DNA of 64,000 nt from a virus (taxonomy: Duplodnaviria > Caudoviricetes), in the IMG/VR virus record IMGVR_UViG_3300037515_000879, positions 1 through 64,000 of that record, one strand, 5' to 3'. The translations under genes were made by a program, and so were the position numbers. Below are positions 9,243-19,705 of this stretch, in pieces (position 1 is the first letter of the stretch; every line of letters begins with the position of its first letter). The notes beneath the pieces are model-generated. The model saw nothing but the letters and a program-made list of their open reading frames with translations, did no database searches and was not told the DNA's origin.

Positions 9243-12200
9243 TTATTCAAGTTCTCCTTTTAACCAATATTCATTTGTGGTTCCTTTTTTTATAAGTGTA
9301 CAAGCAGATCCAGGTTTTAATATTGTTCCATCAGGAACATTTAAAACAGCATCTAAAAGAACACCTTTCATAAATGTAAAATTGAAACTGCCAACATTTA
9401 AAAATTCAACTTCTCCATTTTCCGGAAGTACATTGTCAACCAAACAGTTTCTTGCCGCTGTTGGAAGATTTATCATGATAAGATTTCCTTCATGTAATGA
9501 TGCCAATGTCAAATTTCCGTTTGTGGTATATTGGATTTGACGATTGACACTTTGAATCTGTTCTGCTGGAGTGAAAAAATATCTAATGATTGTTCCGTCT
9601 GGACTCCATACATTCAAATACATGTCTCTATTGGCAATAAATGGAAATCCCTGTTCCAGATTGCCACCACTTACTGTTGGTTGGCTTGGAGCATTTATTC
9701 TGCACATTGCTCGTCCACCGGCAATAGTACCGGGATTTATTGAATAGGACGTATAGTTCTTGGTATCTACAATTTGATGGTTATACAGTGTTCCGAGAAC
9801 ATTATTAAGATTTAAAACATTACCTGTTCCAATTCCTGTTGTATTGGTGATGAATTTTGACAAGGCCCATTCTGCCGTAATCGCAATTCGAGTGTCTATA
9901 GAACCATCTATTGCTGCAATTGTTGTATATGGAAAATTAAAAATACCATTACGTCTAAAAAGAGCGAGTGTCTTTTTTGTAAGAAGATTATACGGATATG
10001 CTAGGCCAGAGGTTCCACCACCAATAACAAACATCGGTTGATCCGCTTGATTGTTCGTATAACTTTGACCTATGTCTTCATTTGAATTTCCAATAAATAT
10101 TGTTCCAATAGTTCTTCTTTGATCACTATTGAGGTTTATACCAATATATCCACCATTAAATCCCCAACTATAATTTCGAAATCCTGAAAGGAGATTATAA
10201 CCATTATTGTCACCAATATCTGTTTGGAAAGCTCCAAATATTGCAGTGGCAAATCCACCGCCAACATTTATATATCCTATATTTATTGAATAGGAAGCAT
10301 CGCTTGTTATTTGATAACCACCAACAAGGGAACCATCGCCACTGTTTATTATTTCATCACCAAATCCAATGGAATAATCGCCCGAAACCCCATGTCCACC
10401 TGTTCCACCTTGGCTTAAATCAAAAGACCCAAGACCTATATTGGAATAGTTGGCACGATTTGAATTTTTTCTTACATAACCAATTCCACTGCCTTCATCA
10501 AGAGCTATAAAAGGAGAATTCACAATAACTTTTTTAGCTGCGGGATCAAAAGTAACACCTTCAAACAATATTCTGTCGGTCATTTTGAACTGTTCAACCT
10601 GACTTTCGTTTTGAACGGAAACACTTGTAATATTGATTGCTGTTGGTCCGCCACCACCATGTTGATAATACATATCATCCAATTGAAGAACGGGAGTATT
10701 ATCAACATAAAATCGAATTTCATTAAATGTCAATCCGTTAAAAGTAAAACCGGATATTGGAACATTACAAAGCTGCCAAACATTAGGGGTTTCTGAAGAA
10801 AATCCTATGCCCTGTGCAGATATTCTATTATAAAAAATGGTATTTGATACTGTTGCTCCATTTGCTATTTGTAAGCCAAACCTTATTTTGTTTATTGGCC
10901 ATGATGTTTGTGTCAATAACCAAAAATAAAGATTTCCACCACTTACAAAAGGAAGATTTTGAGTTGGAGAATACCAAATATAAGTTTGTAGAATACCAAC
11001 AGTATCTGGCATAAATACTGATTTTGTTCCGCTTTTTGGATTTGTCAGATAGTCATGGTTCGAACCTGCTGGTTGGGCAACATGATTAAATTCACTTGGA
11101 TCTCCTAAGTTTTCATCATAAATTTGAACCGTTGTAACCTCTGGAGGAGAAACTTCTCCTGAATTTGTAATTCTATTTGTAACCTCAACTTGGGTCAAGG
11201 GGTCTGGAATAGGTTTTACGTAGTTCAATTCAGCATATCCCGTCAATACACCTACAGAATGAACATTATCAATTCCTCCGGACATATCCGTTTTTGCCGT
11301 TGTAATATTTGTTGTTACAACGGTAACAACAAAGCCATTTGGAATAATTCCTTTTTCAACAGCTTCAATATAAATTGTTCCGTTTATTGCTCTTGCGTAA
11401 TAATTTGGAAGTGTTACTTGTGAATTGATAGCGTTTGCTGTTTCAATAGCCAAATCTGCAAGTGTTGTTGCATAAAGAACTGGTGCCGGCAACAGTTCAA
11501 CACCATTTACAGAAATGGAATCAATGGATCCTGATACACCACCGGTAAGTTGAACAGACCCAATAGCTTTTGTATCAGAATTAATTACAAATACATCATA
11601 TCTTGAATTTAGCAATGGCGCATCGGAAAGGGTTACTAGTCCTTCAACATAGTTTTGAAGACCCTCATATGGTACATTGTCAATTATAAAGGCCCTTCCC
11701 CAAATACGAAAATCAAAATTGATTATATGTTCTACACCGGCCCCATTTTGACCAATGATTGCGTTTCCTTGATAAACATCTTCCAATGTGGCAAGACGTT
11801 TTAAAATAAGCCCTGTTTCTGTTTCGTTGACAGTTGAAGACCATCCTGTTTTTCCCTGATAACTTATATCGTCAGTATCATCAAGACCCAACCATGTATT
11901 GCTAAATTCTTGATTGTCATTTTGACCATAAACAAGTCTTACATTATCAAGCCTGAACAATGACAATTCGGTATCTTCATAACTACTTATGGTAAACCTT
12001 ATTTCATTAAATGGAAGTTTTGGAGATCTTATAATTTGTCCATTTATAAATTCAAATCTGGTTTTGCTTATAAAACGCCTTCCATTGGCCACAACACTTT
12101 GATAGGCCGGATCTATTCCTATATAAGTAAATCGTCCTGGCCTAATTACAAGCTCTCTTGTTTGACGAACACCATCACTCCATAAACTAATTGTAATTTT

Positions 12201-13064
12201 TGCCGATTCTGTTGGAGTTTGTAAATCAAATGAAATTCCAGAAAAATTAAGGAATGGATGATAATTATCATCTATCATTGAAATGATTTTTCCATTTGGA
12301 ACATTAATACCTTCAATATGTGTAATATCTTTACTTGGAAGATTTGTTGAGTTTAAGGTTATGGTTCCGCCTCCATTATCACTAACAGTCCATTCGTTTG
12401 GTTCTCCAAGAAATTCATTATAAACCTGAATATCTGTTATTCCCAAAGGATCTGTTTGTCCATAAACCCAAGCAACAATTTGAAATAATTTTTGGGTGCC
12501 TTCATCAATATCTGGAGGAGTGGCCTGTATCCCTTCTTGACCAGTTATAAAACCAATGTTTCCATTGATATCGCCATATATAACATCAAATCTTATATAA
12601 TCCTGTGTTGTTGGCGGCCCATTTAATATAAGAACAATTGGACTTGCTAAATATGCTGCATTTGCAATAATATATGGATCTCCCCAGCATGACCAATCAT
12701 AACCCCCAATCCAAATAGCACCATAATCTTCGATTAATGGAAGAGCGGGTTCTGATTCGTTTTCAAGAGGAAAAAAATTAAATGTTTTTCCACTGTAATC
12801 TATACTATTGTTTATGGTGTTTGCTGGATATGTAAATCCTGGAACTAAAAGCCCGTTAGGTTCATTTATTGTAGCTTCTTCTCTCCAAACATAGGTAATA
12901 TCATTTTCAAGACATAAAGCTCTCATACGATCATAATAATAAAACGCTTTATGGTTTGAGGCCCCTAAATCTATAAGCTCTGCCAGTGTTATAAAATAAG
13001 TTTTGGCATCTACAGGTCTTTGGGTTGTGGGAAACACACCGGTAAGTAAGTTAATATCTACCAT
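9243..13064 (-). CDS. Large multidomain tail fibre
   Basis: 1273 aa with YadA-head-like short Gly-rich repeats (DYSIGFG, GSLVGG, SYSINIG), MFVIGGGTSG, and beta-sandwich-like segments. Confidence 0.75.
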   Translation of the reverse strand: MVDINLLTGVFPTTQRPVDAKTYFITLAELIDLGASNHKAFYYYDRMRALCLENDITYVWREEATINEPNGLLVPGFTYPANTINNSIDYSGKTFNFFPLENESEPALPLIEDYGAIWIGGYDWSCWGDPYIIANAAYLASPIVLILNGPPTTQDYIRFDVIYGDINGNIGFITGQEGIQATPPDIDEGTQKLFQIVAWVYGQTDPLGITDIQVYNEFLGEPNEWTVSDNGGGTITLNSTNLPSKDITHIEGINVPNGKIISMIDDNYHPFLNFSGISFDLQTPTESAKITISLWSDGVRQTRELVIRPGRFTYIGIDPAYQSVVANGRRFISKTRFEFINGQIIRSPKLPFNEIRFTISSYEDTELSLFRLDNVRLVYGQNDNQEFSNTWLGLDDTDDISYQGKTGWSSTVNETETGLILKRLATLEDVYQGNAIIGQNGAGVEHIINFDFRIWGRAFIIDNVPYEGLQNYVEGLVTLSDAPLLNSRYDVFVINSDTKAIGSVQLTGGVSGSIDSISVNGVELLPAPVLYATTLADLAIETANAINSQVTLPNYYARAINGTIYIEAVEKGIIPNGFVVTVVTTNITTAKTDMSGGIDNVHSVGVLTGYAELNYVKPIPDPLTQVEVTNRITNSGEVSPPEVTTVQIYDENLGDPSEFNHVAQPAGSNHDYLTNPKSGTKSVFMPDTVGILQTYIWYSPTQNLPFVSGGNLYFWLLTQTSWPINKIRFGLQIANGATVSNTIFYNRISAQGIGFSSETPNVWQLCNVPISGFTFNGLTFNEIRFYVDNTPVLQLDDMYYQHGGGGPTAINITSVSVQNESQVEQFKMTDRILFEGVTFDPAAKKVIVNSPFIALDEGSGIGYVRKNSNRANYSNIGLGSFDLSQGGTGGHGVSGDYSIGFGDEIINSGDGSLVGGYQITSDASYSINIGYINVGGGFATAIFGAFQTDIGDNNGYNLLSGFRNYSWGFNGGYIGINLNSDQRRTIGTIFIGNSNEDIGQSYTNNQADQPMFVIGGGTSGLAYPYNLLTKKTLALFRRNGIFNFPYTTIAAIDGSIDTRIAITAEWALSKFITNTTGIGTGNVLNLNNVLGTLYNHQIVDTKNYTSYSINPGTIAGGRAMCRINAPSQPTVSGGNLEQGFPFIANRDMYLNVWSPDGTIIRYFFTPAEQIQSVNRQIQYTTNGNLTLASLHEGNLIMINLPTAARNCLVDNVLPENGEVEFLNVGSFNFTFMKGVLLDAVLNVPDGTILKPGSACTLIKKGTTNEYWLKGELE

Positions 13065-13065
13065 T

Positions 13066-14088
13066 TTAGTTGAGTATTAATTTATAATAAATATTTCCAT
13101 GTGAATAAATTTCCTTGGAAATGTAGATTTGGATTCTATTTGCGGCATCATAATATTTGTCAAAAGCAACATCTGTGATATCGGTTTCAAAAACATCTAT
13201 GATTTGATAATAATCTTCATCAACATTTGTAATGGCAAAACCTATTCTTCCAATAAGTGAATAGGGAACGACAAAACCATTGATAAAAGACTCTACGTTT
13301 TCACTATTTTGAAGGTCTAAAAATGCTTGATCAATATTTGGAGCATCTAAAATATCTTTTGAAAGATCTGAATATTGCCAGTAATATACCATATCGTCTG
13401 AATTATCGGTTGATGGGTTTAAAATTTCTTTATTTTCTGATTCAGGAAAACAGCAATAACAATCTTCTTCTGAATTATATATAAGAATGTCTCTTTGGCT
13501 CATTCTCATTAAGCTTGCTATCTGTTCCCATTCTTTTTTTGTGGAAGGAAAAACATCATCACCAACAGCTTCTCCACAGGCATCATGATATTCTTGTTTT
13601 AACTGTCTATAAAAATTATGGTTTCCTTCATTGTTCCACATTTTTGGCTGATACATGAAATATTTTATTCCAGCAACAACGGCCTCAAAATGGTTTTCAG
13701 ATATTGCCGGATTGCCTTCTCCATCACAAATTAATGCATAATACATAAGATTGAAAGAATCTGCATATCTGCAAAGGAAAAGATAATTGCCTTGATATTT
13801 ATAATCTTTTGGACACCACCCCTCATAACACATTCCAACTGTTTCAAGAACCACAAGATCTTCAGGAAGTCTTATTTTCCCAAATCCATTTTCATCAATA
13901 AAAATAGTGCCTGTATCTAAAGAATATTGAACTCTTTTTAAAATCAATGTGCCGCCAAAACCAATGTCGCGTTCAACTCTATGGATATATCTACGCAATT
14001 TTGGATATTGGTTCCTTAAGTTTGTGATACCAATATCGTCCTTGACTATTTCAACAATATTTTGAAAAGGCACTAAATTTGAATACAT
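13066..14088 (-). CDS. crAss-like tail ring protein with an extra C-terminal domain
   Basis: RLPEDLV...YKYQGNYL...YYALICDGEGNPAISENHFEAV fits the crAss ring-protein pattern; position matches the conserved crAss capsid block. Confidence 0.65.
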   Translation of the reverse strand: MYSNLVPFQNIVEIVKDDIGITNLRNQYPKLRRYIHRVERDIGFGGTLILKRVQYSLDTGTIFIDENGFGKIRLPEDLVVLETVGMCYEGWCPKDYKYQGNYLFLCRYADSFNLMYYALICDGEGNPAISENHFEAVVAGIKYFMYQPKMWNNEGNHNFYRQLKQEYHDACGEAVGDDVFPSTKKEWEQIASLMRMSQRDILIYNSEEDCYCCFPESENKEILNPSTDNSDDMVYYWQYSDLSKDILDAPNIDQAFLDLQNSENVESFINGFVVPYSLIGRIGFAITNVDEDYYQIIDVFETDITDVAFDKYYDAANRIQIYISKEIYSHGNIYYKLILN

Positions 14089-14573
14089 CTGAACAATGTT
14101 TTATTGGTTATGCCCTTCTTCAGTTCCTGTATAAAGATAGGCAATAAATCTTTATCGTGATTTGTTTTAAACAGCCTTTGTATTTTTGGAATATAATTAT
14201 GTTTTCCAATCATTTTATTGAGCCTTACAAAAAAAAAGAATTTCGGTATTATTCTGTCATACCAAAAAAGCCCGAAAGATTTTTCTATATACATTTTGTT
14301 CTTTAAATGAAAACGTGGTGGATACGTAACAATTTTCATTTTTCCACCAAGAGGAAAATACATTGGAGATTTTGACATGAAAAGCTCATAAAAATATACT
14401 CTCAAATATGCACGAATTATTTTTTTGAATATTTTTAGAGGAACTGTCTTTTTTTTTGAAGGTGTTTTTTTAATAAAAAGATTATAGAAATAATCGATAT
14501 TTAAAACTTCCAGTTTAGAGTTCTTCCCTTGTGTGTTGTTCTGCAATGTTATGTCTAATATCTCCGGTTTCAT
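14073..14573 (-). CDS. IHF/HU-like protein of the crAss structural block
   Basis: Very basic; helix PLKIFKKIIRAYLRVY followed by FPLGGKMKIV; syntenic with crAss IHF-like genes. Confidence 0.5.
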   Translation of the reverse strand: MKPEILDITLQNNTQGKNSKLEVLNIDYFYNLFIKKTPSKKKTVPLKIFKKIIRAYLRVYFYELFMSKSPMYFPLGGKMKIVTYPPRFHLKNKMYIEKSFGLFWYDRIIPKFFFFVRLNKMIGKHNYIPKIQRLFKTNHDKDLLPIFIQELKKGITNKTLFRCIQI

Positions 14574-15231
14574 CAGATCTCATTCTTAAAAATAAATTAA
14601 ATTCTCTTGCGTTTACAGAATTGATCAAGCTTTCGATAAGTTCATCCGACAATGGATATGGAGACAAAGTAAAATCATAACCTGTTTCATTGTCAGGATT
14701 TACCAATACGGCATTTCCTGTAAGGGTAACTGAATTTTGTGTTTTTTCGGATTTTAATTTCCTTACCGTAATGTTCAACATAGAATTTGTGTGATTGTCA
14801 AGAAGTTGATTGCAATCTTGTTCCAAACCAATATTGAGAGTAAGTTTATTGTTGATGAACTTTACTCTTGGCTGAAATTTATTATATCTATCAAATTGAG
14901 CATTCGTATATTCTTCAGAATTAAAGACTGATATTACGAATCCATTTTTATCCAGCATTATACCATATCTTCCTTTTTCAAAACGTATGATTTTTGGAAG
15001 CGTATTACTGATTAAAACATCGCCAATAGAGGTGAATGATATTGTTCCTAGGCTTTGGAAACATTCGTCCGGAATTTGTTTTCCTTTTTTATAATATTGT
15101 TCCAAATGTTTACCCCTATGAATCTTTAAAAAGCTTCGCATCAAACGTTCATTTATAGGGTCATCAGAATTGATTTGTCCTGCCCTAACAATATCCCAAA
15201 TGGTATAAATCAATTCTAGTTCGGTTGTCAT
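14515..15231 (-). CDS. crAss-like ring/tail tubular protein
   Basis: Synteny downstream of MCP; size 238 aa; C-terminal DFTLSPYPLSDELIESLI. Confidence 0.6.
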   Translation of the reverse strand: MTTELELIYTIWDIVRAGQINSDDPINERLMRSFLKIHRGKHLEQYYKKGKQIPDECFQSLGTISFTSIGDVLISNTLPKIIRFEKGRYGIMLDKNGFVISVFNSEEYTNAQFDRYNKFQPRVKFINNKLTLNIGLEQDCNQLLDNHTNSMLNITVRKLKSEKTQNSVTLTGNAVLVNPDNETGYDFTLSPYPLSDELIESLINSVNAREFNLFLRMRSDETGDIRHNIAEQHTREEL

Positions 15232-15875
15232 TATTTAAAGACTTTTTGATATGTTTCCTGTAATTGATAACTTGACTGTGTTCTTTCATCAGCAGTCTTG
15301 TTAAATAAATTGGTAACAGTTATTTTTAATATTTTTTCTATTGAATCATCTGGTAAATTTACAATCCTTGTTCCTGGCTGGCCAGTGGTTGCAAACGTTG
15401 GTTTTTTACAATATGTCAATTTTAATTTTGTTGGAACCGTCGATCCGGAATCAATTTCAAAATAACCCTCATATTGTAATATTATTGGAAATTGTTTGTT
15501 TGGTGCCGTATTTGGATTTCTTTTGGTTGTGGCAAGTTCCGCATATCTTGTCAAATCTGAACGGATACATTTACTTCCATCGGCATATAAAATACTATGC
15601 GCCACCAACCGAAGGTAATCGGTCGGTATTGGCGCAATGTATTTTTGGGAATCCAATGGATCCTGGACAATCGAAATATCCTTTGGAACAATTAGACTTC
15701 TTATATCATCGGTAATCTCCTGTGTTTTTTCAATGATTTTGAGCTTTTCTCCAACATAGTCATAAGTGGCTGTCTCGAAAAAATTTAAAAATACAGGCAA
15801 AACAAAATAATCAGATCCCATTTTGTCTGATAGTTGTTTCAATTTTTCATGTACCTCTGATAAAGAATATTCCAT
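15231..15875 (-). CDS. crAss-like ring/tail tubular protein
   Basis: IPTDYLRLV...LTYCKKP...IVNLPDDSIEKILKITV is a gp11/ring-like pattern; synteny. Confidence 0.6.
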   Translation of the reverse strand: MEYSLSEVHEKLKQLSDKMGSDYFVLPVFLNFFETATYDYVGEKLKIIEKTQEITDDIRSLIVPKDISIVQDPLDSQKYIAPIPTDYLRLVAHSILYADGSKCIRSDLTRYAELATTKRNPNTAPNKQFPIILQYEGYFEIDSGSTVPTKLKLTYCKKPTFATTGQPGTRIVNLPDDSIEKILKITVTNLFNKTADERTQSSYQLQETYQKVFK

Positions 15876-15880
15876 TTGAT

Positions 15881-16723
15881 TTATTGTTCAGCTTCTTTTT
15901 TTATGGCAAGATAAAGTTGTTGTGATATCTGCGAATAAAAATCGGTATTGTTGTTGAAATAATTAATAACGGAATCAACATTCAATCCCAAAATTTCTCC
16001 TTCATACTTAAAGATTCCACCTTGGTTCAACAATATGTTTAAACGAATCATTTCCTTGATTTCGTATTCATATTGTGCTTCCTTAAGGTTATCAAGAACG
16101 GCATTCACAAGTTTTGCCTGTTCCATTCCGCGCCTCACAAAATCTTTTAGTCTTTTTCTTAGTTTTGGTTTTTCAACATCAATGTTCCTGACATATTTAT
16201 CATCGCGATATTGGAGATTGAGTTTCGCCAAAATAAATCTCAATTTTTCGATTCCTATAGCATGAACACCTGAATCGAGGACTATTTTTCCAACAAGTTT
16301 ATCGATATAATCTTCTTCATCAAGATTTACCACATCTTGATAATCCAAATTAACCAATGTGATTCTTGGGTTTGATTCTTTTGCGGCAACATATTTTGCA
16401 TCAAGATTTGCGTGTTTCTGTTCCACAAATACTTTTGGATGTCCAACAAGCCAGTCCAATATATTGGCATCTACTGGATTTTCATCGGGATGGAATAATG
16501 TGGTCTGTCTTTCGATAAAATAACCATTGGTCAATTGACCGTCCAAATTATAAAGTCCTCTTTCCCTTTTTGTAAGCGGATCGATATAATTGGTCAAATT
16601 TCTTCCACTAAACCCAGCAGGACCCATTCTATTGGTTAACTTATAAGTTAATCTCCATGTTCCTGAAAGATCTTTTCTGGATTTAACCGTTTTCTGTACT
16701 TTTTCAACTGTTTCTGTATTCAT
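15881..16723 (-). CDS. Conserved crAss-like protein downstream of MCP
   Basis: 280 aa, directly after the capsid gene as in crAss-like genomes. Confidence 0.6.
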   Translation of the reverse strand: MNTETVEKVQKTVKSRKDLSGTWRLTYKLTNRMGPAGFSGRNLTNYIDPLTKRERGLYNLDGQLTNGYFIERQTTLFHPDENPVDANILDWLVGHPKVFVEQKHANLDAKYVAAKESNPRITLVNLDYQDVVNLDEEDYIDKLVGKIVLDSGVHAIGIEKLRFILAKLNLQYRDDKYVRNIDVEKPKLRKRLKDFVRRGMEQAKLVNAVLDNLKEAQYEYEIKEMIRLNILLNQGGIFKYEGEILGLNVDSVINYFNNNTDFYSQISQQLYLAIKKEAEQ

Positions 16724-16742
16724 AATAAAATTATTAAAGATT

Positions 16743-16777
16743 AAAAAGCCCCCTCAATATGAGAGGGCTCATTTTTT
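16743..16777 (-). terminator. Intrinsic terminator after MCP
   Basis: AGCCCUCUC-AUAUU-GAGGGGGCU plus a U-run on the minus strand. Confidence 0.8.
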
Positions 16778-16781
16778 AATA

Positions 16782-18455
16782 TTACCAAGTAAAAACGTTG
16801 GCTTTTTCTCCTGCAATAGTAGTACCATTCAAGGCACCACCATTCCATACGGCTGTAGCTTGCAAAATACCACAAGAACGGGTATCATAAAGTACGGCCA
16901 TTAATTCTGATAACATATGCATCGCACATCCATCAAAACCACTTGCAGCAGTATTGGAAGCATCATTTTGAGGATCAAAAGAATGCATTCCATCAACCAT
17001 TTTTTTACGATAATCTCTGTCTGAACGTGCTAAAACTTCAAAGTTCGGAACACCATCAACAGAGGTTGTGTTCAAAATATAAATATTTCCAGAACCAACT
17101 AAACCACCATTTGTTTCATAGAGGCCCGGATGATTGAAAAGTTCATCTTCAATCAATACAAACCAATTGCCTAAATAATAATATTTGGTAACCTGAAAAC
17201 CTAAAGTAACATCTTGTCCGGTCGTTACATCCAAAACAATATTTGTTAAACCACCTGATCCAGATGCAACATCATATTGCATCAGTTTTTTCATACCGGC
17301 ATCAAAAGCAGTTCTTCCAATACGGTCTGTTACGGCAAGAAAAGTGTTTCCACTATTGCCTTCAGGAGACCGTGTTGCAAGAACATTTGTAATGGCTTCA
17401 ATCAAAGTATGAGCCAATCCATTATTTGGGTTGTAATCAAACGTGGCATTGTCTTCAATTTCAGGAATCCAACCATTTCCGGTAATAGGAGCTTCAATAC
17501 CTGATTCGGCAGAGAATCCATCAACAGTCAAGTTGTTGGTTCCATAATTTTCAAACCAAGCATGTGATGAAGGATCCATGGAAATCCTTGAATGTCTCAA
17601 TCCAAGTTCATTCATCATTCTGAATACGCGTTCTCCACGCAATACTTCAGCAAACTCCCACATTTGTTTTTGGTTGTTTTGATCGCCATTATAGATATAG
17701 GCAATTTTCTGTTTCTTTGCAGACCCAGTCATTGTCAAAGTATAACGGGTAATGAATGAATAATTGATTTTCCATTGGTTTTTATTGGTTCTTTGATAAC
17801 CTTTCAAAGACCCTTCTCCAAAAGCAGAACCGGCTTCTGTGAAGACCTTGCCGGCAGCAACATGAGTTGCATCATAAAGCGCGGCTGGACCAACCGTTTT
17901 TCCATCATATACATAATGGTCTCCAGTTGATGCCAATCTTCCTTTCTGGGTAAAAATGATTGTGATTCCCAAACCTGCGTTTAAGGTTATCCTATCATTT
18001 GGGTTGAATTTGTCTCCCCATATACCTGAAGATGGATCATGTTGAACTGAAATAGAACACAACGTGTTTGTTGCAACAGTTCCGGCAGTAACACCACCGG
18101 CATAGGTAACACCGTTTCCTGTCATGTCTGGACTTGGATTTGCAGCATCGAAAATAGTTCCGAAATTTGCGGCTCCAAAAGAATAGGCTGGTAAAATATC
18201 CATACCTTCATAAGATATACGATAAGCATTATCGTTAAGGTCATTGGTGGCTGGCTTCATTTTGCCTTTTTGAATACCTTGGTTTACACGTCCAGAATAA
18301 TACATAAAGGACTGAAATTTGTTATATTTCTTAAATAAATCAAAGGTTTTTCTTGCCACTCTAAAGTCTTTTTTCATCAACGTAGTCAATGAATTGGCTT
18401 CTGTGTGTATTTGAGGGTTGAATCTGTCTTGTGGCCCTCGAAGTAAAACTCCCAT
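16782..18455 (-). CDS. Major capsid protein (crAss-like HK97 fold)
   Basis: 557 aa, located after portal and scaffold-like genes and followed by a strong terminator; YTLTMTGSA and VDGMHSFDP segments. Confidence 0.85.
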   Translation of the reverse strand: MGVLLRGPQDRFNPQIHTEANSLTTLMKKDFRVARKTFDLFKKYNKFQSFMYYSGRVNQGIQKGKMKPATNDLNDNAYRISYEGMDILPAYSFGAANFGTIFDAANPSPDMTGNGVTYAGGVTAGTVATNTLCSISVQHDPSSGIWGDKFNPNDRITLNAGLGITIIFTQKGRLASTGDHYVYDGKTVGPAALYDATHVAAGKVFTEAGSAFGEGSLKGYQRTNKNQWKINYSFITRYTLTMTGSAKKQKIAYIYNGDQNNQKQMWEFAEVLRGERVFRMMNELGLRHSRISMDPSSHAWFENYGTNNLTVDGFSAESGIEAPITGNGWIPEIEDNATFDYNPNNGLAHTLIEAITNVLATRSPEGNSGNTFLAVTDRIGRTAFDAGMKKLMQYDVASGSGGLTNIVLDVTTGQDVTLGFQVTKYYYLGNWFVLIEDELFNHPGLYETNGGLVGSGNIYILNTTSVDGVPNFEVLARSDRDYRKKMVDGMHSFDPQNDASNTAASGFDGCAMHMLSELMAVLYDTRSCGILQATAVWNGGALNGTTIAGEKANVFTW

Positions 18456-18562
18456 AATTGTTAAAGTTTTTTAAATTAATAAATCATTTTTTTTGACTTT
18501 AACACTAATGGCCATTGGCTCGTGGTTAAAGGCAGATTTGAAGCATTTTTTAAGGCTTTGCC

Positions 18563-19663
18563 TTATTTATTTTCTTCTTTTGGTTTTTCATATAAAACAC
18601 TGTCAATAAGACCCATTTGAGATTTATCCTTGTTGCCCATGGTACCGCGTTTCTGCGCACCAGCGATAGGATTCTTTTTGTTACCTTTTTTGAATTCGTC
18701 GATAACAGCTTTCATTCCATCGTTATATGTTAATCCCGTGGACTTTTTAAAGATTTGCTCTTTAAACTCGTTCATAAGGGCTAATTCGGCAATCAATTTT
18801 CTATCGTTGCTTAAACTCTCAATGAATTTTCCAGAAGCTACTTTTTTGTAAGCTTCCATTATTTTTTCTTTTGTGGGTTGTACCCCATAAAAATTTTCGT
18901 TTGCATGTAATGCCAAAAATTCTTTTTGGACTTCATCCTTAAAGGATTTTATTTCAGCTTCCTTTCTTTGTTGTTGAACTGTTGAAATGGAAGTTTTCTT
19001 ATCCTTTGCTTTTTGAAGAACATCTGTAAGGGTTCTTCTCAAATCCCTGGCTTCATACTTCAAGATGTTATTGTCAATAAGCTCTTGAAGGTCATCTTCA
19101 ATTTTTTGCGCAACATCTGGATCGTTTAAATCTTTTCCTTCCTGTATTGCAATAGCATTGAATTGTTTTCTCATTAACGTTTCGTCATTGACAAGATATT
19201 TTCCTTCTGGGCTTATAGCTAGCAAAGGCTCTAAAAGATTAATGCTATTTTCAACAGTTTCAAGTTCAACCTGTTCTTCGGAAACCTCTTTTTCTTTTTC
19301 CTTTGATTTTATAAAATCCTTTAGCTCTTCTTCTTTTTTAAAGTCGGTGTTGAATTTTTTATTGAACTTTTCAAGATCGATATCATTTTCATCGGTTTCT
19401 TTTTCAGCTTCATCAAATTTTAGGGAACCATCATCATCTTTATTATCATCTTCGACTTCTTTTTTTTCAGCAACCTCTTCTTCTTTTTTTTCAATTTCTT
19501 CATCTTCAAAATTTTTTGAGACAACGCCGTCAAAATCCTTGATATCTTCAAGATCTTCTTCTTCTTGATTATTTATAAAAGCTTCGCTATTGAACATATT
19601 TTCTGGAGAAAACGATTCAATGCCTTTTATTTCTTCTTCTTTTTTTTCTACTGTTTCTGGCAT
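18563..19663 (-). CDS. Acidic scaffold-like protein
   Basis: Highly E/D/K-rich, between portal and MCP. Confidence 0.65.
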   Translation of the reverse strand: MPETVEKKEEEIKGIESFSPENMFNSEAFINNQEEEDLEDIKDFDGVVSKNFEDEEIEKKEEEVAEKKEVEDDNKDDDGSLKFDEAEKETDENDIDLEKFNKKFNTDFKKEEELKDFIKSKEKEKEVSEEQVELETVENSINLLEPLLAISPEGKYLVNDETLMRKQFNAIAIQEGKDLNDPDVAQKIEDDLQELIDNNILKYEARDLRRTLTDVLQKAKDKKTSISTVQQQRKEAEIKSFKDEVQKEFLALHANENFYGVQPTKEKIMEAYKKVASGKFIESLSNDRKLIAELALMNEFKEQIFKKSTGLTYNDGMKAVIDEFKKGNKKNPIAGAQKRGTMGNKDKSQMGLIDSVLYEKPKEENK

Positions 19664-19685
19664 GATATTTAATTTAGATGTTAAA

Positions 19686-19693
19686 CAAATTTA
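19686..19693 (-). promoter_or_regulatory. Bacteroidota-type -7 box upstream of scaffold/MCP
   Basis: TAAATTTG, about 23 nt before the ATG at 19663. Confidence 0.55.
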
Positions 19694-19705
19694 TAAAAAA
19701 AAATA

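Noticed and set aside
2388-13064. Diversity-generating retroelement target or template in the tail genes
   Set aside because: No reverse transcriptase and no near-identical repeat pair differing at adenines was seen.
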